Positions 23,456 to 36,367 of a stretch of 64,000 nucleotides of DNA are shown in pieces. The notes beneath the pieces were generated by a model. It was not told the DNA's origin, made no database searches, and worked only from the letters and a program-made list of their open reading frames with translations. A program made the translations under genes and the position numbers. The stretch comes from Octopus sinensis. Lineage: Eukaryota. Position 1 is the first letter of the stretch, and every line of letters starts with the position of its first letter. The stretch is from NCBI RefSeq assembly GCF_006345805.1, contig NC_043014.1, positions 42,966,001-43,030,000 of the forward strand, read 5' to 3'.

Positions 23456-24275
23456 TATCCACCTAGAGTGATACAAAGTATTATAAATTCCTTTTATATT
23501 TCCAGCTTTTATATTTTCAATCCTCTAAAAGAAAGAAAAAAGGGGGAAAAAAAAAAAGATACACAGAAAAAAATTTTTCTATTTTCTCCTAATTCTTGTT
23601 ATTTAAGATTGTATTTTATTTTATAGTCAGTGAAATTGCATATTTGTGATCCAAGTTGTTTCTAGAGACCAATAATGATGAAGTTAATGGCGTACAGATC
23701 AAAGAATTGATCTCTTCCAATATTTCGCATCAATGACACAAAAACTATAATGGCAAGCTTATGTAAATTCAGGAATAAAAGAAAAAAAAAAATCTGATTC
23801 TTCATCCAAGCTTTGTATTTTTGGTTTTTGTTGGATTTTTGCTCCACATTTTTGCATTTTTTTACCTTTTTTTTTTTTTCATTTTTCAGGTGTGAGTGAA
23901 GGTCACCGTTGAAGGTCAGATTTCTACATTAAAATAGAATGAACCAACCACTGCTGAAAAGTCAATCTGATAACAGAGTTCAGGCTCCTGAGTGTATGAT
24001 GTATTTGCGGCTAAAATGTTTTTCTTTCCAATCAGCTGTATGCGAGTTCAATCCTATTGCATGGCACCTTGGATTATATATTGCTTTCTATCATGGCTAC
24101 GAATTGATCCAAAACCTTGTGAGTGAAATGGCATTGTTGTTACTGTTATTGTAGGAGTTTGGCCCTTAGGCAACCCTTATCAAGCGGCTCAGTGAAGGTA
24201 CGGGGCCTAGTGGTTCACATGTTGATCTCTTGACGAAATACCGCTATGCATTTTGCCTGGCATGCTAACAATTCT

Positions 24276-24504
24276 TATTTCTTTATTGCCCACAAGGGGC
24301 TAAACATAGAGGGGATGAACAAGGACAAAGGGATTAAGTCGATTACATCGACCCCAGTGCATAACTGGTACTTAATTTATCGACCCCAAAAGGATGAAAG
24401 GCAAAGTCGACCTCAGCGGAATTTGAACTCAGAACGTAACGGCAGACGAAATACGGCTACGCATTTCGCCCGGCGTGCTAACGTTTCTGCCAGCTCGCCG
24501 CCAA
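24276..24504 (-). mobile_element. SINE family B inserted into the head of an older family B copy, 15-bp TSD
   Basis: CATGCTAACAATTCT at 24261-24275 and 24505-24519. Confidence 0.88.
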
Positions 24505-25320
24505 CATGCTAACAATTCTGCCAGCTCACCGCCTTCATGGAAGTTCATGATTAACCCAATCCTTATCAAACAGGTGGCTGAAGGCACATGGCTTAGTGGC
24601 TGGGGCTGTTTGGCTCAAGATTTTAGGATTGTGAGTTTAATACTTGGCAGCATATTGTGTCTCCAAGCAAGATATTTTATTCCACGTTGCTCCAGTCCCC
24701 TCAGCTGGCAAAAATGAGTTGTACCATATGTCAAAGGGCCAGCCTTGTTACACTCTGTGTTACACTGAATCGCTCTGTTCAGGTTATGCATGTCTGAAGA
24801 GTGCTCAACCACTTTCACATTAATTTCACGATCCAGTTGTTCTACAGATCCGATCAACCGGAACATTAATCATTGTAACCAACAGAATTCCATTTTAATG
24901 AAGCAGATCCATAATCAAAAGTATTCTAGCCATGACCACCCATGTTTAAAACCAAAATGTGTAGCTGTTCTTTTTTCTTTTTTTTTTTTTGCTAATCCTT
25001 TTGTTGTTATTTCAGTTGAAACACACTGGCTTCGTTTCAATCAATTTTGAAAATATTAAAGAATTTAGTAAAATAACTTTGACATTATTAAGCTGGTTAG
25101 AACAAAAATTAATATGAAGTTTTGATGGAAGGTTTCAATTTAAATCATTTTAAAACAGAAAATTTGTATCATAGAACCAGGAGTAGTCTTAGGCAAGTTG
25201 GTATCAAAAGGGTTAACCCATTCATTATCATATTTCTGTTGAAATTCACTGCCTTTGCTTCGTTTGATTTTGAATATAATGAACACTTCAGTAACATAAC
25301 TTTGTCAACATTAATGTAGG

Positions 25321-25885
25321 TAGCGGAGTGGCTGTGTTGTAAGTAGCTTGCTTACCAACCATATGGTTTCGGGTTCAGTCCCACTGTGTGGCACCTTGGG
25401 CAAGTGTCTTCTACTCTAGCCTCGAGCCGACCAAAGCCTTGTGAGTGGATTTGGTAGACAGAGACTGAAAGAAGCCTGTCGTATATATATATATAGGCGT
25501 AGGAATGGCTGTGTGGTAAGTAGCTTGCTTACCAACCACATGGTTCCGGGTTCAGTCCCACTGCGTGGCACCTTGGGCAAGTGTCTTCTACTATAGCCTC
25601 GGGCTGACCAAAGCCTTGTGAGTGGATATGCTAGACAGAAACTGAAAGAAGCCTGTCGTATATATGTATATATATGTGTGTGTGTCTGTGTTTGTCCCCC
25701 CAACATCACTTCACAACTGATGCTGGTGTGTTTGCATCCCTATAACTTAGCGGTTCGGCAAAAGAGACCAATAGAGTAAGTACTAGGCTTACAAAGAATA
25801 AGTCCTGGGGTCGATTTCCTTGACTAAAGGCAGTGCTCCAGCATGGCTGCAGTCAAATGACTGAAACAAGTAAAAGAGTAAAAAA
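25321..25885 (+). mobile_element. SINE family A 5' half followed directly by a full copy
   Basis: Two heads (~25325 and ~25496); the second begins in the (TA)n tract of the first. Confidence 0.88.
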
Positions 25886-26450
25886 AAAGAGAGAGAGTAT
25901 TAAGCTGGTATCCATAAAGTAGTGAGCTGGCAGAATCATTACTGCACCAAACAAAAAGCTTAGCAGCTTTACTTCCTGAGTTTGAATTCCATCAAAGAAG
26001 ACTTAGCCTTTCCTTCTTTCAGGATCGATAAAATAGGTAACAGTTGATCACTGAGGAGTTGGGGTTTAATCAATTTACACTCCTCCTCTGAATTTGTTGT
26101 CCTTGTGCCTAAATTTGAAACCGATATTAAGCTGGTGTCTGAAGCACAAATTAAAATGAAATTTTGATGGAAGATTTAAATTTACATCACTTTTAAGCAA
26201 GAGCTTAGTATCATAAAACTTAAGGCAATCTAGCATGCAGTCTGTTAGAGGTTTTACTGTTATTTCCAACAGGTTAACTGACCACAAAGAAGTTCCCTCA
26301 TGAGTTGAGAGGTGCTGTGTCTTGAGTGGTAGGGCTAAAAGGTGGTGCTCCAGCATGGCTGCAGTCAAATGACTGAAATAAGTAAAAGAATAAAGGAATA
26401 ATATTAGGGCACTGGGAATGATCATTATTTACATTTGACAGATAACCACT

Positions 26451-26510
26451 ATGCTGGTTAAAAGCACGGGCTACTAACCCCAAGATTCTGAGTTTGATTC
26501 CAGGCAGTGA

Positions 26511-26545
<35 letters not shown>

Positions 26546-26713
26546 TCAAAAAATACCTTAGGAATGAGAACCCAGGTTTGAAATTTCCCCCAAGACACCT
26601 GATGAAGGCTGGAAGGTATATCAGCCGAAATGTGTTAACAACAAACAAGATGAGGACAACTAACCATCAAATGTAAAATGTACATAATTCCTCATCTCTT
26701 AAATATTGAACTG
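26451..26713 (+). mobile_element. tRNA-like head + (AAT)n + Penelope-type HHR tail
   Basis: TGGTTAAAAGC / GGGCTACTAACCC / AAGATTCTGAGTTTGATTCC head; GACAC-CTGATGA-A-GGCTG..CAGCC-GAAA at 26594-26630; tail shared with 54648-55020. Confidence 0.65.
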
Positions 26714-27874
26714 GAAATGATATCAAGAGAAGCATACACACATGTGTCCCAAATCTCTGGTTGCCACAAAATAAGTGAATTACAAAAGATCATATTTATG
26801 GAAACCTCACATATATTCTACATAAATTCTTGTCAACGTACATGCAAATCTTTACTCACTCTGTTTTTTTTTCTCTCTTTTCTTTGACGCGGTCAGTAAC
26901 AGGAATGGCATCAGGACATTGAAAATCTATCTCAACAAACTCCATCTGACCCATGCAGGCAAGGAAAAAAATAATGATGACAATGATAATGATGATGATG
27001 ATGATGACAACGACGACGATGACGACGACGACGACGATGATGATGATGATGATGATGACGATGACGACGATGACTATGATGATGATGATAATGATGGCGA
27101 TGATGATGATGATGCATCCAAGACAGTTATCAAATCTGTTTTTCTCTCTTTTAACTTCTATTTTATTTTGTTTTTCATCAAGATGATAAAAAGTGATTAG
27201 AAAAGATTTGGTTGCTCTTTCTAGCAGGTTGACCAATGACCACGTAGGTGCTCCCTTCCTTTGTTACCTCAGTCTGGGAGAATAAATGGCAGACTTGATC
27301 TTAGCTGAACTTTGCTCAAATATTGAAAAAAAAAATTGAACAGGTAACTCAAGAAATATTATTATTTAATGGTTTTATTCAATTTCAGAATGGAAAATTC
27401 ATGATCTAATGATTTTTAGTGCTTAGTCAGTCATATACCAAACACCTACTAACGTCCCTACATACCTACCTACATACCTACACACATCCCTGAGGCAAAG
27501 AAGACAAGTAAAAGAAACCGGGAGATCAAAGTTCACCATTGTCAGGCCAATTATTGCGAAAGTATAATATACATTCTAGTGACGGTGTAATAATGTGATG
27601 CTATAGAAATGTAGAAATCAGAAAATAATGATATGATATAATATAAGAAAATAATTATGTGATAATTCAATAAGAAATATAAGGAAACCTTAATATATAT
27701 TGGTAGAAAAATTAGCTGTGTGGTTAAGAATTTCACTCTATAACCATATGGTTCCAAGCTGGCATTTCTTTGTGCAACACCTTGAACAGGTATGAGTATA
27801 TTCTGTCGTAGCTTCAGGCTGGTTAAAATCTTGTGATTGGAATTTGGCAGAGGGGAAAAACCATATAGTAAAAC

Positions 27875-27933
<59 letters not shown>

Positions 27934-28031
27934 CATCATCATATATATATATATATATACGTTTAAATATTTGTTGTGCAAGATTTTGGCTAAACTGGCA
28001 ATATGACCATTCCGAAATATAACAATGAATA

Positions 28032-28075
<44 letters not shown>

Positions 28076-28082
28076 TATATTT

Positions 28083-28615
28083 ACTCTTTTACTCTTTTAC
28101 ATGTTTCAGTCATTTAACTGTGGTCATGCTGGAGCACCACCTTTAGTCGAGCAAATCAACCCCAGGACTTATTCTTTGTAAGTCTAGTACTTATTCTATC
28201 AGTTTCTTTTGTTGAACTGCTAAGTTATGGGGAAGTAAACACACCAACATCGGTTGTCAAGCGATGTTGAGGGGGAACAAACACACACACACACATACAC
28301 ACATACATACATATATATGATGGGCTTCTTTCAGTTTCCGTCTACCAAATCCACTCACAAAGCTTTGGTCGGCCTGAGGCTATAGTAGAAGACACTTGTC
28401 CAAGGTGCCATGCAGTGGGACTGAACCTAGAACCATGTGGTTGGCAAGCAAGCTACTTATCACACAGCCACTCTTGCGCCTATATATTCTTTTATTTGTT
28501 TCAATCATTTGACTGTGGCCATGCCGGATCATCACTTTGAGTTGAGCAAATCGACCCAAGGACTTATTCTTTGTAAGCCTAGTACTTATTCTATCAGTCA
28601 CTCGGGCCAAACCGC
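28083..28615 (-). mobile_element. SINE family A full copy plus a 3' fragment
   Basis: Reverse complement of the family A consensus; second 3' piece at ~28490-28615. Confidence 0.88.
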
Positions 28616-28900
28616 TCACTTCATCTGGTTCTTCATTTCCTTTCTGTCTTCTTTTTAGGCCGTTTTCTGCTGTGTGCTTGATCACAGTTATTTCACTATC
28701 TGTAAGTCTTTTATTTCTGAAAATATCTCTCCCAACATTTGCTAACTTGTTTTGGTCCAAATATAGTCTGCTGTCTTGATTTCATGTTCCCCATATTTGA
28801 TAAGAGTGTATGGTGTGTTTCTCTTCAGATGGCCTGCTAAATGCAAAATAACAGGTGTAAATTACATCTATATACTCTCCTTGGGTACATTTGATTCATT
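28616..28900 (-). mobile_element. R4/Dong-like non-LTR element, N-terminal remnant
   Basis: ..QGEYIDVIL..YQIW..DSRLYLDQNKLANVGRDIFRNKRLTDSEITVIK resembles the R4-clade N-terminal motif (EQxLAxxRRxIxxNKRL..EI); from recall, not searched. Confidence 0.55.
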
Positions 28901-29148
28901 TACATTTTTCTTTCTGTTGCAGGTGTGGCGGTGGACTTGGAGGGCTCAAACTGCCCCTAATTTTATAAAAATGTAAGTGGAATTGATGAAGAAGAAATGG
29001 GCCAACCACATCCATAACTTGTACAGAATCAGACAATCACATCATTATACCAAGATGGTTACTATTAGATATTCTACACCATAGCCTATTATTCAAAGAA
29101 TTAAGAGTTTTTCTAGCTGTTAGTATGATATCAATAAATTGGTAAGAA

Positions 29149-29206
<58 letters not shown>

Positions 29207-29397
29207 GGATAAATAGATATTAGTATCCTAGCAAATATAAGAGTTTTGTCTGTACTGAGCTATGGTGAAGGACACTATTCCAAGGTGCTTTGCATTGAGA
29301 TTGAACTTGAAACCACATGGTTGGGAAGCAAGCTTCTTAACTACACAGCCACGTCTGTGCTAAACCCATATCTATGCCTATAACATATAGTATATGT

Positions 29398-29440
<43 letters not shown>

Positions 29441-30186
29441 GTGTGTGTGTGTGCATTTGTGTGTGTGTGTGTGTGTGTGCATTTGTGTGTGTGTGTGTGT
29501 GTGTGTGTGTATGCATTTGTGTGTGTGTACATGTGCACACGACACATGTATGTGTGTAAACTGCTTGATAGTTAATGGAAGAAAATTAAGCATCTTCTTT
29601 TTGATATATTCATATAAAATTATTATAATTTTAATTAATCGTCAAAACAATTTAAAAAATTTAATAGTTAATTAAATCTTTTAAGTAAAAATACCAATTA
29701 TTGTATTTATCATGGCAGCCAAAAATGAACATTCATTAAACTCTTTGGAAAAATTTTTATTAATTACTTTACTTTAATTAAATACTTGGAAGAAGTTTTT
29801 TTTCAAAAATACTGCTTAATTAAGACAATAATTAAAAACCTTACACTTTTTCTCTCTGAAATTTAACGTATTTACATTTCAGCCCTGACAGAGTAAGGCT
29901 GCAAAGCTTGTATTAAGACTTGCTTGTTACTGTATCAGTACTAAGTCAAGGCCAGGTTGTTTCTGTACCAAACTAGATGTGACTGTACCAAGACCTACTT
30001 GTGGTTTATTAAAACCACCTTATGAATGTACCAAGATCTTATGACTGTCTCAAGATTAGTTTGTGAGTGTACGAGTCAGGGTTTGATTAAGACCCATAGA
30101 AGCTCTAAGCACTTAAATGACACTGGTACCCCCATATATATGTGTGATTCAAGATATAAGCAATAATAAACTATAAATCTTTATGC

Positions 30187-30830
30187 TTTACTCTTTTTCT
30201 TGTTCCAGTCATTTGACTGCAGCCATGCTGGAGCACCGCCTTTAGTCAAGCAAATCGACCCCAGGACTTATTCTTTGTAAGTCTAGCACTTATTCTATCG
30301 GTCTCTTTTGCCGAACCACTAAGTTAAGGGGAACGTAAACACACCAACATCAGTTGTCAAGCGATGTTGGGGGGACAAACACAGACACACAAACACACAC
30401 ACACACACACATATACATATACATTTATACAATGGCGGCGAGCTGGCAGAAACTTTAGCACGCCGGGCGAAATGCGTAGCTGTATTTCGTCTGTCGTTAC
30501 GTTCTGAGTTCAAATTCCGCCGAGGTCGACTTTGCCTTTCATCCTTTCGGGGTCGATAAATTAAGTACCAGTTACGCACTGGGGTCGATGTAAACGACTT
30601 GATCCCTTTGTCTGTCCGTGTTTGTCCCCTCTATGTTTAGCCCCTTGTGGGCAATAAAGAAATATATACATTTATACAATGGGCTTCTTTCAGTTTCTGT
30701 CTACCAAATCCACTCACAAGGCTTCAGTCAGCCCGAGGTTTTATTAGAAGACACTTGCCACACAGTGAGATTGAATCCAGAACCATGTGGTTAGTAAGCA
30801 AGCTACTTACCACACAGCCACTCCTGCGCC
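30187..30830 (-). mobile_element. SINE family A split by a family B insertion
   Basis: Family A halves flank 30434-30663. Confidence 0.88.
30434..30663 (+). mobile_element. SINE family B, near consensus, 17-bp TSD
   Basis: GGCGGCGAGCTGGCAGAA head; ATATACATTTATACAAT at 30417-30433 and 30664-30680. Confidence 0.93.
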
Positions 30831-31113
30831 ATAAATTTATATTTTACAAAATGAAACACAACTAACAGTAAGATTGAAAATAATCTTTTTTTTTTATGTA
30901 TTACCATTTTATTAGTTTATGAAAAGTTTCCCCCACTTTTTTTTTAATTGCGAAGTCTTTGATCAGATCCCCACTATGATACCATGAACTCAATATCTAC
31001 CTCTGAGCCAAACATGCTTTTCACAGAATACTGGAAGTGAACAACACTGCTTGTATGAGGGTGGTGCTCATTTACAACCATCACATGATGTCAAGACACA
31101 GGTACATACGAAT

Positions 31114-31149
<36 letters not shown>

Positions 31150-31459
31150 CACACAGCAACATAAACATACACAATGTGCTTCTTTCAGTTTCCTTTTACC
31201 ATATCCACTCACAAGGCTTTGTATAACCCAGGACTATAGTAGACAGCATTTGCCCCAGGTACTGTGCAGTGGGTTGAACCTGTGACCACATGGTTGCAAA
31301 ACAAGCTTTATTACCACACAACCATATCCACGCCTATCTGTATTCTAGACTTCTTAATTACTGTGCTACTAACGAAGTAGTCTAATTCAGAAGACTGTGT
31401 TTCGTTCCGATGTCTGTTTATTATTAGTCCATAAATAAATGAAATAACATTATATTGTG

Positions 31460-31706
31460 CTGTTGTGTCTGGGGAGAGTCATTCTCTTTTAGTACCTTAT
31501 TATTTAACACACTCACCGGTAAAATTTCCACTTATTTTGTCTTTTTATTTTCCTAAAATTTTCATTGCATCTTGCAACCTTTTCAATAGTCTTGACTCTG
31601 TCCGTTATTTAGGAAAATAAAAAAGACGAAATAAGTGGAAATTTTACCGGTGAGTGTGTTAAATAATAAGGTACTAAAAGAGAATGACTCTCCCCAGACA
31701 CAACAG
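31460..31706. repeat. Inverted repeat, ~98-bp arms, 50-bp spacer with an HHR-like hairpin
   Basis: 31460-31557 pairs with 31608-31706; spacer reverse complement CTATTGA-AAA-GGTTGC-AAGAT-GCAAT-GAAA. Confidence 0.8.
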
Positions 31707-31802
31707 AATATGCTTCAACACACGAACTCATATAAAGAATCTTGCAAAGCAAATCCAAAAACGAAATATTATACTGTGCTGCTTTAATTGTTATTATTAT
31801 TT

Positions 31803-32208
31803 ACTCTTTTACTCTTTTACTTGTTTCAGTCATTTGACTGCGGCCATGCTGGAGCACCGCCTTTAATTGAGCAAATCGACCCCGGGACTTATTCTTTGTA
31901 AGCCCAGTACTTATTCTATCGGTCTCTTTTGCCAAACAGCTAAGTGACGGGGACGTAAACACACCAGCATCGGTTGTCAAGCAATGCTAGGGGGACAAAC
32001 ACAGACACACAAACATATACACACACACTTATTTATATATATATACGACAGGCTTCTTTCAGTTTCCGTCTACCAAATCCACTCACAAGGCATTGGTCGG
32101 CCCGGGGCTATAGCAGAAGACACTTGCTCAAGATGCCATGCAGTGGGACTGAACCCGGAACCATATGGTTGGTTAGCAAGCTACTTACCACACAGCCACT
32201 CCTGCGCC
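31803..32208 (-). mobile_element. SINE family A, full length
   Basis: Near-consensus reverse-complement copy. Confidence 0.93.
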
Positions 32209-32706
32209 TAAATTAATTGTTTATAATTTAAGCTTAGGGCCTGCGATTTTTAAAGAAAACCATCAAGGTCAGTACTTGACTGGCCCTTTATATCATTAAC
32301 CCCCCAAAATTATTAAAGACAAAGCGAACTTTGATGGGTTTTAGTATTTTAAATTCATTTTCTCTTTGTCTGTTGTTTTATTCTAAGCAGAAGTGTAACC
32401 ACTCATATCACTGAACAAAGCCGAGCTGCGACTAAATTTACTTTCAAATTTGCTTTCGAAACGTTGCCAAGGGCTAAAACGAAATGTAAATGGTTAGGAA
32501 GCCCTTGTACTGTAGCCTAACATTGCTAATTAATTAATCAATTAACTAATCCTCTGAACGAATATATATTTTTATATTATGAATTATTTGTATTTATTTG
32601 ACGAACGATTTTCGTCTGAAATGATGTTATTGAAAGGAAAACAAATGAATTTGTATTGGAATCACAGTAGCCCCTTTAAATCACACAAACACTTGCAATA
32701 TATATG

Positions 32707-32754
<48 letters not shown>

Positions 32755-32896
32755 AATATGTATATGTTTATATGTGCGTATATATATAGATATATATGTA
32801 CATATATACATATGTATGTATTTATGAATGCATATTATGTATATACATGTGTGTGTATATATATATATATATATATACAAATATGTATGTGTTATC

Positions 32897-32932
<36 letters not shown>

Positions 32933-33339
32933 ATATATATAATATATGTATATATATATGTATGAATTATATATATATATATATATGTATATATGTGTGC
33001 ATGATATATATATATTATATATATTATATATATATATATATTATAATATATATATATGGTTGTTATGTTCTTTGTTGTTTTTATTTCGTGGTGGACTCAA
33101 AGTATTTGTGAATACAGTGAACTGAGGGGTAGTGACCAGATCAAAGACGTGTGATGAAAGACTTTGGTACTATCAACAGATATAACAAAAGCTGAATATA
33201 ACTGCATCTGTGTGTGTGTGTGTGTGTGTGTTTAGTTTATATGTTTACTCTAACTCAATACAAATGTAATCGTTTCAATATACTTTTTTTGCCTTTTTCT
33301 GAAATAATTTTGGGTCTGTAATGGAAAAGTGAGAAGTGG

Positions 33340-33690
33340 GGAGAGTAAAGGGAGAGGGAAAGGTGGAGAGCTACGGATAGAGGGATAGAGGGAGAGACAG
33401 GGAGAGGGAGAGAGAAGGAGAGGGGGAGAATGGGAGAGAGGAAAGGAAGGAGAGATAGGAAGAGTGGGAGAGTGGGAAAGAGGGAAAGAGAGAAGGGAAA
33501 GAAGGGAGAGAGATGAAGAGTGAAGGGGAGAAAGGAGGAAAGTGAGGGAAGGAGAGGGGAAGAGAGATGGGTAGAGTGAGAGGAAAAGAGAGAGAGAAGG
33601 GTAGAGAGTGAGAGGAAAAGAGAGAGAGAGAGGGTAGAGAGTGAAAGGAAAAGGGAGAGAGGGAGAAGGAGAGAGAGAGAAGGGGAGAGA
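33340..33690. repeat. Polypurine (GA-rich) tract
   Basis: ~350 bp almost only G/A on the + strand. Confidence 0.9.
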
Positions 33691-34921
33691 ATTTGTGAAA
33701 CTGAGAAGAATACAATGGAAGGATTGGAAATTTGGTTTTAATTTCGTTGGGTTTTATTCAACCGTAGTTTGATCAAAAACCAACACTGCTGGTTGATATT
33801 CTCTCAACCAGCAGCTTTTAAGTATTAGTAAACATCTAGAGTAAACCATTTGAATCTTTAGAATTGCTAACTAGTGCAGGGTGTAACCATTTGCCTATAC
33901 TGCACCTAGGTGCAACAGGTACTGAATAACTGGTGCTCTATCGGTTATGACAGCAAGGGTTCTAGTTGATCTGATCAATGGAACAACCTGCTTGTGATAT
34001 CAATGTGCAAGTGGCTGAGTACTCCATAGGCATGCGTACCCTTAACACTTTCAATTTGAACCAAAATTACAAAGTGTTGCATTGCGAGAGTGACGATGTC
34101 TGAATAATGAAAGTAATGCTTCTCCGAATTGGTCACATCTGTACTATAATAAAGAGAGCTGATTATATATATATATTTAAAGGCTACCAAATAAACTGTG
34201 TTTTTGGCACAACAACTCTTTACTATTAAAATAACCTCAGAAACGAGGTCAGGTTGCACAATTTTGAAGTCATTTGGGGGTACTATTTTGATTTGTTTCT
34301 AATGTTTCACTTTCATCCGATGTTTCATGCATGCATAGAATTCTACTCAGACAAACATTTATGAAAATGTACACATAAATATTGTATTAAAATAAGCTAC
34401 AGCCAAAAGAATTTCATTCAAAGACATCAATTCTTCTATATGTCATGAGGAAATAGTCATTCACTCTCTCTCTCTTACATGCACATGCACACATACATAC
34501 ATACAAAAAAGATGTATGCATATATATTTATGTATATGTATATGAAAGATAATGGGTGTGTATGTGAGAGACAGAGAGAGAGAAAGCGCCACTTATGCAT
34601 ACATGCAAAAAATACATACATAACAACACAGACCTTCACTCACTCTCTCTCTATCTCTATCTCTCCCTCACACACACACACGTCTATTTCATATACACAT
34701 ACATACATCATTCACTTTCTTCTCACTTTCTCTTTCTGCTCTCACTTTGAAACAAATGTCACCTTTTCACTTTCTCTTCTCTTTCAATTTCTGCTCTCTT
34801 CAAAGCATAGAGTAATGAAAAAATTTTTGCTGAAATTGATGAATAATCATATGATCCCATATGATCAAGTTGACAACTTCGCAGCTTCAAAGGAAAGAAT
34901 GTCATAAAACAACTTCCGTTG

Positions 34922-34972
<51 letters not shown>

Positions 34973-35281
34973 TACACACACTCTAGGTAAAACTTCTGTA
35001 CGAATTATGTTATTTCTTGCTGTGTGCATGTACAAAATTACAGCTCAATTGAAATAACCTTTTTTTATTCTGTACTTTGTGTTTGTGATGAGCATATTAA
35101 AAAAACCTTATCTTCAATGTAAACTTAAAAGGAAGTTTTCCCAGAAATCCTGGTCTTTGCTTTGTCATTTCTAGCATTTCTGAGGTGACATTTGTGTCGT
35201 CTTCCATCCTTATGTTTTTCCTAAATTTCTTTTGATTCTAATGTTTTTGGTACAGGAGATTAGGATTTTGCCAACAAACAC

Positions 35282-35595
35282 ATCATCATCATCATCATCA
35301 TTTAGCGTCCGCTTTCCATGCTAGCATGGGATGGACGGTTCGACCGGGGATCTTGGAAGCCAGAAGGCTGCACCAGGCCCAGTCTGATCTGGCAATATTT
35401 CTACGGCTGGATGCCCTTCCTAACACGCCAACCACTCCGTGAGTGTAGTGGGTGCTTTTTACGTGCCACCGGCACAGGTGCCAGACGGGGCTGGCAAACA
35501 GCCATGGTCAGATGGTGACTTTTACGTGCCACCGGCACGGGGGCCAGGCGAGGCTGGCAATGGCCATGATCGGATGGTGCTTTTACATGCCACAT
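35282..35595 (-). mobile_element. RTE 3' UTR / tail fragment
   Basis: (CAT)n then TTTAGCGTCCGCTTTCCATGC...CTACGGCTGGATGCCCTTCCTAAC...TTTTACGTGCCACC units. Confidence 0.8.
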
Positions 35596-36066
35596 TCTCA
35601 ATATTTTCACACCAATTTCTTCATTTTTTTAAAGCTTTTTTTCTAAATTTCTTTCTTGGTAAAGCACAGAGAATAAATAGAGAGTACAAATCTTTAAGAA
35701 TTTTCTTAATTTTTTTCTTAAAGAAACACTAAAATCTCCTTCCCAAACAACCACCCATCACCTCACCACTTTCAAAAAGCTACTAATACCAAATGTTTCT
35801 CTTTAAGCTTTTTGGAAAACGGGGAAGTTTCTTCAGAAATAATGTTGTTTGCCTGTTGTTTCTAGCATGTCAAGTTTTCTGGTGGTGGTCTGGTATTTTA
35901 TACATCTTCTATTCCAGTACAATTCTATGCATGCATGAATCATCAGACAAAAGTGAAATATTGGGAGATTTTAGCTTTTTGAAAGTGGGTAGGTGATGGA
36001 GGGGATGAGGTGGGGAAGGGGTATTGAGTGTTTCTTTAAGAAAAATTAAACTTCAGGAAAAATATA

Positions 36067-36330
36067 TATTGGGTTGTCCGGAAAGTTTGTGCCAATTTAT
36101 AGTAGCTTATATTTCGACTTATTTTAGAACATGGTTGAGTCCATAAAATAGGATTTGATAACACAGGCACAGGAGTGGCTGTGTGGTAAGTAGCTTGCTT
36201 ACCAACCACACGGTTCTGGGTTCAGTCCTACTGCGTGGCACCTTGGGCAAGTGGCTTCTACTATAGCCTCGGGCTGACCAAAGTCTTGTGAGTGGATTTG
36301 GTAGAGGGAAACTGGAAGAAGCCCGTCGTA

Positions 36331-36367
<37 letters not shown>

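Noticed and set aside
28923-28972. Apparent + strand exon (TTGCAG ... GTAAGT)
   Set aside because: Lies directly upstream of the R4/Dong-like remnant on its antisense strand, probably within the same element; no recognisable product, so likely fortuitous
29870-30175. Solo-LTR-like segment with TATA and AATAAA
   Set aside because: No clear TG...CA termini or TSD, and no second copy in the window
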